From a virus (Duplodnaviria > Caudoviricetes): a stretch of 28,734 nucleotides of DNA. Below are positions 24,069-28,734 of the stretch, in pieces (positions within the stretch are counted from its first letter, which is position 1; the number at the start of each line of letters is the position of its first letter). The translations under genes were made by a program, and so were the position numbers. The stretch spans positions 1-28,734 of IMG/VR virus record IMGVR_UViG_3300020593_000112. One strand, 5' to 3'. The notes under the pieces are model-generated. The model did not search any database and was not told where the DNA came from. It worked only from the letters and a program-made list of their open reading frames with translations.

Positions 24069-26897
24069 ATGCACGCACGCAGCCGAAACCCTGCCATCGA
24101 AGAGTGGTTCGACCGCCTCAAGCGCGACGTTGACCTGCACGACCTGGCTGGGCGCCTGGCCCTGAAGCGCAACGGCGCGAAGGGCAACTATCACAGCCCC
24201 CACCACACCGACACCAGCGCATCGGTATCAATCTTCAAAGATGGCCGCATGTGGAAGGATTGGAGCGGCACGACCGAGGCCGGTAGTTGTATCGACCTGG
24301 TCATGTACTGCAATCAGGCCAGCACGCCGCTGGAGGCCGCCAAACTGTTGGGGCAATGGTATGGCATACCCATGCCACCGCTGCCAGCCCCAGGGGCGCC
24401 TAAAGTGGCGGAGAGGAAAAGCACCGTCGATTACATCGCCGATAGGTGCCTGGCCAGCCCTGAGCCGGTTATTGCCTACCTGGTCGGGCGGAAGATCCGC
24501 GAAGACGTGGCCAGGGCCGCGCTGAAACTTCGCGCCATCGGGTGGAACACCTGGGCCAGCGATAAGGTGCCGGCCGGTCAGCCTGGCCACGGCGGCCCCG
24601 GCGCGGCCTTCATCGTTCGCGCCGCCGGCAGCGCCCAGGTGGCGGCTGTTGACTTGCGCTACGCCGATGCATCCCTCAATGGCGGCGTGAAAACGCAGTG
24701 CCAAGGCGAGAAGCTGGGCCACGGCTGGACAAGCGACCGGCGCCTGCTTGAGCGTGCCCACACCGTCTACATCGTAGAAAGCCCCATCAACGCCCTGTCG
24801 GTCGAGTCCGCCGGCCTTCCCTCCGGCACCGCGGCCTACGCAATACGCGGCACAGGCAACGTGGAAGCCATCGACTGGTCGTTTCTGCGTGGCAAGACTG
24901 TGCGCATCGCGCTGGATCACGCCGACCCAGTGAACGCGCGTACCGGTCAGCGGCCAGGCCTGGCCGCCGCCTGGCGCCTGTCTGAAATCCTCACCGCCCA
25001 GGATGTCAGTTCGCTACTGGTGGACATGCACGACTGGGAAGAAGGCGAAGACATCAACGACGTGCTGGTGAAGCGCGGCCCTGACGAGCTGCACCGCCGT
25101 CTGCGCCACCTGGAAGCGTGGCTTATCCCCGGCATGCCCAGCGGCGCCGACCGCGAGCGGCTGGCCGGCACCCGCCGGGTATTTCTGCCTGGCCACGACT
25201 TCGCGGTTTATTGGCGCTACCGTGTGAAAGACGATTTCACGCAGTACGTGGCCAAGTTCAAAGACAACGACGAGGAAGGTGGCGAGCGGTCCGAAGAGCT
25301 GGAGGATATGTGTTCATTCCGGGTGGCCGGCTTTTCACGCCTCCGCATCCAGAGTCACCTGGCGACCCTGAGCGGCCAGCCTGACACACAGCCTGAAACC
25401 GTGTTCGGCGTGAGTGCACAAGTGCCCCGCCACGGCGCCACGCTTCAGCGCGAAGTCGTCAGCGACGAACGCCTCTACAACCTGGAATGGTGGCGGGCGA
25501 AGTTCGGCCAGGTCTGGATGCCCCAGCAGTTCACCCGGATGATTACCGTGCTGGAGCGCACAGCACACCTGGGCGCGCGCGACGTGGTGAATTTCGTAGG
25601 CCTGGCCTGGCGCGCGGGCGAACCGGCCGCCCTGGAAGGCAAAGACTGCTATTTCATGGAGCCACAGAAGCAATGCCTGTACTACAACATGCAGTTCCCG
25701 CGCGGGCCGCGTGACAGCGCCGCATGCGTCATCGAGGCCTACCAGGCCACATTCCAGGACAACGCCGCCGCCATCGCCCTGGTGTGGGCGCTAGGTGCGC
25801 ACCTAAAGGCCCTTCTGGGCTTCTATCCGCACCTGCAAATGCAGGCCGAGAAGGGCTCCGGCAAGTCCAAGCTGCTGGAAAGCCTGCAATCGACGCTCGC
25901 TTTTCAGGTGTTATCTGGCCAGATGCTGAAGACTGACCACCGCCGGCGGGCGTCGGTGTCCTATACCACGCAGCCGGTGGGGTGGGACGAGTTTTCCAAG
26001 CTGCCGAAGGCCGTGCTATCGGACATCGACGGCTTGCTGCAGGCGACTTACCGATTTGAATTCACACGCGTAGGCGCGACCCTTACGCCATACCTCATGT
26101 GCGCGCCGGTGCTGCTTGCGGGCGAGGAAGTGGATGTAGAAAGCCTGCAATCGAAGATTTGCCGCACGTCGCTTTCGGTGGCCCGCCAGGGCGCCGTGAT
26201 CCCCCATGATCTTCCGCAGTTCCCGGTGTGGGAATGGCTGCAATTCCTGGCCGACCAGCAGCCGGAGCGTATCCGCGACCTGCACGCCAAAAGCCTGGCC
26301 TGGTGCGGCCAGCGCGCGCGATCGGAAGAACGGGACGCCACCGCCAAGCGCATGATGGAAAACTACGCGGCGGTGCTGGCCGCCTGGTGGCTGGTTTGCG
26401 AGTTCGCCGCTATCGACGCCAAACAGGGCGCCTTTGCCGATAGCCTGATCACCGAGATGAACACTCACATTGCGGACACCAACGGCACCCGCCTGCCCTG
26501 GGTGTGGATCATGGAAATCCTTCTGTCCGAGATCGAGGCGCGCCGCTTCACGTTCCCCTACGCCTTTGATCGTGTCGTCGACGATGAAGGCCAGGACACA
26601 ACGGCGCTTTTCCTGAGGCCCAATCATGTGATGGACCACCTGTCCACCGCCCCGCACCTGCGCGCCAAGTTCGACGCGCTGCCGGTCAAGACCGGCCGCA
26701 TCTTCAAGCAGCAGTTGATGCAGTCGGGAGTGGTGGCCACGGCCGCCGGCAAGCCGCTCGATGATGTCGAAAAGCGGGTGCGCGGCCAGCGCGCCGCGCA
26801 CCTTACCGGGATCCGCCTGGATAAGCTGGCCCAGTTGGGCCTATTCGTCACGCCTGACCTGGTTGGCGAGGAATCCGACCGTCCGCCGGCGCACTGA
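24069..26897 (+). CDS. Replication protein: degenerate CHC2-like N-domain, TOPRIM primase and P-loop helicase
   Basis: YHSPHH.D.SASVSI N-domain; TOPRIM VYIVESPINALS, IALDHAD and GEDIND; Walker A AEKGSGKS and Walker B VGWDEF; start at ATG 24069. Confidence 0.9.
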   Translation: MHARSRNPAIEEWFDRLKRDVDLHDLAGRLALKRNGAKGNYHSPHHTDTSASVSIFKDGRMWKDWSGTTEAGSCIDLVMYCNQASTPLEAAKLLGQWYGIPMPPLPAPGAPKVAERKSTVDYIADRCLASPEPVIAYLVGRKIREDVARAALKLRAIGWNTWASDKVPAGQPGHGGPGAAFIVRAAGSAQVAAVDLRYADASLNGGVKTQCQGEKLGHGWTSDRRLLERAHTVYIVESPINALSVESAGLPSGTAAYAIRGTGNVEAIDWSFLRGKTVRIALDHADPVNARTGQRPGLAAAWRLSEILTAQDVSSLLVDMHDWEEGEDINDVLVKRGPDELHRRLRHLEAWLIPGMPSGADRERLAGTRRVFLPGHDFAVYWRYRVKDDFTQYVAKFKDNDEEGGERSEELEDMCSFRVAGFSRLRIQSHLATLSGQPDTQPETVFGVSAQVPRHGATLQREVVSDERLYNLEWWRAKFGQVWMPQQFTRMITVLERTAHLGARDVVNFVGLAWRAGEPAALEGKDCYFMEPQKQCLYYNMQFPRGPRDSAACVIEAYQATFQDNAAAIALVWALGAHLKALLGFYPHLQMQAEKGSGKSKLLESLQSTLAFQVLSGQMLKTDHRRRASVSYTTQPVGWDEFSKLPKAVLSDIDGLLQATYRFEFTRVGATLTPYLMCAPVLLAGEEVDVESLQSKICRTSLSVARQGAVIPHDLPQFPVWEWLQFLADQQPERIRDLHAKSLAWCGQRARSEERDATAKRMMENYAAVLAAWWLVCEFAAIDAKQGAFADSLITEMNTHIADTNGTRLPWVWIMEILLSEIEARRFTFPYAFDRVVDDEGQDTTALFLRPNHVMDHLSTAPHLRAKFDALPVKTGRIFKQQLMQSGVVATAAGKPLDDVEKRVRGQRAAHLTGIRLDKLAQLGLFVTPDLVGEESDRPPAH

Positions 26898-26918
26898 GCG
26901 CCGCTGGCCAGCTTCGAC

Positions 26919-26946
26919 AGCCCGCCGCGCGCGGGCTTTCTTCTTC
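26919..26946 (+). terminator. Intrinsic terminator of the early operon
   Basis: AGCCCGC-CGCGC-GCGGGCT followed by TTCTTCTT. Confidence 0.78.
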
Positions 26947-27002
26947 AGGAATAACCCTACTAGGATATCAACATCCCCCAAGGCGGGCCGGCGCCGAGAT
27001 CA

Positions 27003-27455
27003 CCACGGCGGCGACACGTCAAGCGGAGATTTGCCGGGCGCAGGGCGAAAATAGCCCGCTGGGGTGGCATGCAATGAAATTTCCCCGTGGTTACACGGCC
27101 TCTTTTCTCGTAAGCCTTTGATGTCTGAGAGGAACCTGCGGCCGGAACACCCTCAAAATCCCACGGTTTCGACCCAAAATCCCACGGTTTGTAATACTTC
27201 CTGTGGTGTCCTACTTTCGCTCTTCCCTGCTTATTTTCTTCTTTCTTCTTAAAAAACAAAGAGATAGAGATAGAAAAGGCACGCCAGGAAGAAAACAGGC
27301 GTGCCACAGTTTGGGGAAGTGTCGCAAAAAAACGACCACAGGTTTCCCACGCGTTTTGTGGTGAAACTGTGGATCAAAAATTGCCCAATCTTCGCGTAAG
27401 TACTTGATCTATATAGAGGCGACTTCGGGCGCCACGGTTTCCCACGGTCCCACAG
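27003..27455. repeat. CCAC[AG]G(TTT) iteron cluster with AT-rich core and two IHF-like sites; probable replication origin
   Basis: Eleven CCACRG copies in both orientations, including the exact 16-bp tandem CAAAATCCCACGGTTT at 27154 and 27175; CGTAAG-N3-TTGAT at 27109 and 27395. Confidence 0.7.
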
Positions 27456-28734
27456 CATTTCTACTACCCCCCCCGGCACGACGCGCCCGTGCTTCTTCGC
27501 GCAGTTGGTCAAGGTAGTCCGCCCACTGCTGCATGAACGCGATGCGCGCCTCAAGAAAGGCCGTCCGGTTGTACGCCCGGCCCAGCGCGTCGGCCACCTT
27601 GTGGCTGATTTGCAGTTCCAGGATGCTGGGGTCTACGTTGAGTCGTTCGGCCGCCAACGTGCGCGCCGAGGCCCGGAACCCGTGAGCGGTCATTTCCTTG
27701 TGAAATCCCAGCCGCCGCAGCGCCAGCCGCACAGCACCATCGGACAGCGGGGCGCCAGTGACACGCGAGGACTTGAACACCCAGGGCGTATGCCCTGTAA
27801 GCGACCGCAGCGCCTCAAGGATCGAGACAGCCTGGCGCGAGAGCGGCACAAGGTGGCTTTCCCAACCCGTGCGCGTGATCTTGGTATCACCCTCGGCGCC
27901 GGCACGCTCTGCGGAAATTTCCCACATGGGCGCGCCCCACCCTTTGCCCTTCAAGTCCATTTCGTCCCAGCGGGCCTCACGCAGTTCTGAGGGCCGCTGA
28001 AATACTAAGGGCGACAGTTGTAGCAAGCACCGCGTCACCATTTCCCCCCGCTCGTATCCATCCAGCGCCAGCACCAGTTCGCCGAACCGCTGGGGCGACG
28101 TGATCGCGGCGAAGTGGCCGGCCTTCGGCGTCAAGACCGCGCCTTTCAGCGCCGCCGTGGGGTCATTCTTTGCCCGCCCCTTGCTGATGGCATAGCGGAA
28201 CACCTGGCCGATAAAGCCGCGCAAACGGCGGGCAGTTTCGGGCGCGCGCGCCTCGACCCGATTAAGGATAGCCAGAATTTCCGGCGATTCGATTTGCGCA
28301 ACCGGCCGCGTGCCGATCCAGGGGAACACGTCTTTCTCCAGCTTCTCAATGATCGCTTCGACATATCCAGCGCTGCGCCCCGCGCGCCGCTTTGCTGCCC
28401 ACAGTTCGCGCGCCACCCCCTCAAAATCGTTGCGGGCTTCTGCTGCCCGGGTGAGCTTAGCCAGGCGCTTGCTGGCGGTCGGGTTCTCGCCTCGTGCCAG
28501 TTGGGCGCGCGCGGCTTGGTGCTGCTCGCGCGCCTCGCGTGCGCTGACCGCTGGATAGACGCCCAGGGAGAGGGTTTGCTGCTTCTTGTGGTAGCGATAG
28601 TTGAACTGCCAATATTTGGCCCCATCGGGCCGTACGACCAGCACCAGCCCCCCGCCGTCAGACAGCTTGTACTGCTTGTCCGTCGCGGTGGCCTTGCGTA
28701 TCTGGATGTCCGACAGTTTCGCTAATGCGCCCAT
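27409..28734 (-). CDS. int: Tyrosine integrase, P4-type with N-terminal arm-binding domain
   Basis: YKLSDGGGL.LVV.P.G.KYW...YR...KQQTLSLGVYP.VS; catalytic residues in QRPSELR, HGFR, SHK and AYNR. Confidence 0.96.
   Translation of the reverse strand: MGALAKLSDIQIRKATATDKQYKLSDGGGLVLVVRPDGAKYWQFNYRYHKKQQTLSLGVYPAVSAREAREQHQAARAQLARGENPTASKRLAKLTRAAEARNDFEGVARELWAAKRRAGRSAGYVEAIIEKLEKDVFPWIGTRPVAQIESPEILAILNRVEARAPETARRLRGFIGQVFRYAISKGRAKNDPTAALKGAVLTPKAGHFAAITSPQRFGELVLALDGYERGEMVTRCLLQLSPLVFQRPSELREARWDEMDLKGKGWGAPMWEISAERAGAEGDTKITRTGWESHLVPLSRQAVSILEALRSLTGHTPWVFKSSRVTGAPLSDGAVRLALRRLGFHKEMTAHGFRASARTLAAERLNVDPSILELQISHKVADALGRAYNRTAFLEARIAFMQQWADYLDQLREEARARRAGGGSRNAVGPWETVAPEVASI

Larger units (their letters stand above)
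1..28734. mobile_element. P2-like temperate phage/prophage (phiCTX/Burkholderia P2-like architecture with primase-helicase replicon); ends lie outside the window
   Basis: Complete P2 gene order Q-P/O-N-M-L-X-lysis-R-S-V-W-J-I-H-G-FI-FII-E-T-U-D, plus repressor, Ogr, replicase and integrase. Confidence 0.97.

Noticed and set aside
27154-27190. Tandem 16-bp repeat considered as a mini-CRISPR or att core
   Set aside because: Only two copies with a 5-nt gap, no spacer-length intervals, no cas genes, and no matching copy at the other end of the window
26960-27554. Short ORFs in the replicase-integrase gap (26960-27307, 27064-27252, 27249-27554)
   Set aside because: They translate iterons and homopolymer tracts (e.g. 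repeated KPWDF), consistent with non-coding origin DNA

Overview
The window is almost entirely one P2-like (Peduoviridae-type) temperate phage or prophage in GC-rich DNA. A betaproteobacterial host such as Achromobacter/Bordetella/Burkholderia is inferred from gene style, not demonstrated. From left to right it contains: a small accessory island (1-1050); the divergent portal/terminase (Q,P) and head (O,N,M,L) operons; gpX; a two-membrane-protein/endolysin/Rz-Rz1 lysis cassette; a full contractile tail module (R,S,V,W,J,I,H,G,FI,FII,E/E+E',T,U,D); two unknown leftward genes behind an XRE repressor; and a divergent early operon (ribbon-helix-helix protein, Ogr/Delta, two hypotheticals, AlpA-like protein, TOPRIM primase-helicase). 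These are followed by an iteron-rich non-coding region and a convergent P4-type tyrosine integrase. No frame-disrupting lesions were seen, and cos and att sites were not found in the window. The most interesting element is an apparently autoregulated moron at 289-1050. It has a near-consensus sigma70 promoter with a perfect palindromic operator, a small coiled-coil/C-terminal-TM protein with a duplicated dual start, a hairpin, a KorC/XRE-like repressor and a Cys4 ORF, arranged so that late portal transcription could run antisense over the repressor only. The late-promoter code can also be read directly from the sequence: TGT-N13-ACA, exactly 34 nt, then an nAnnnT -10, in four promoters.
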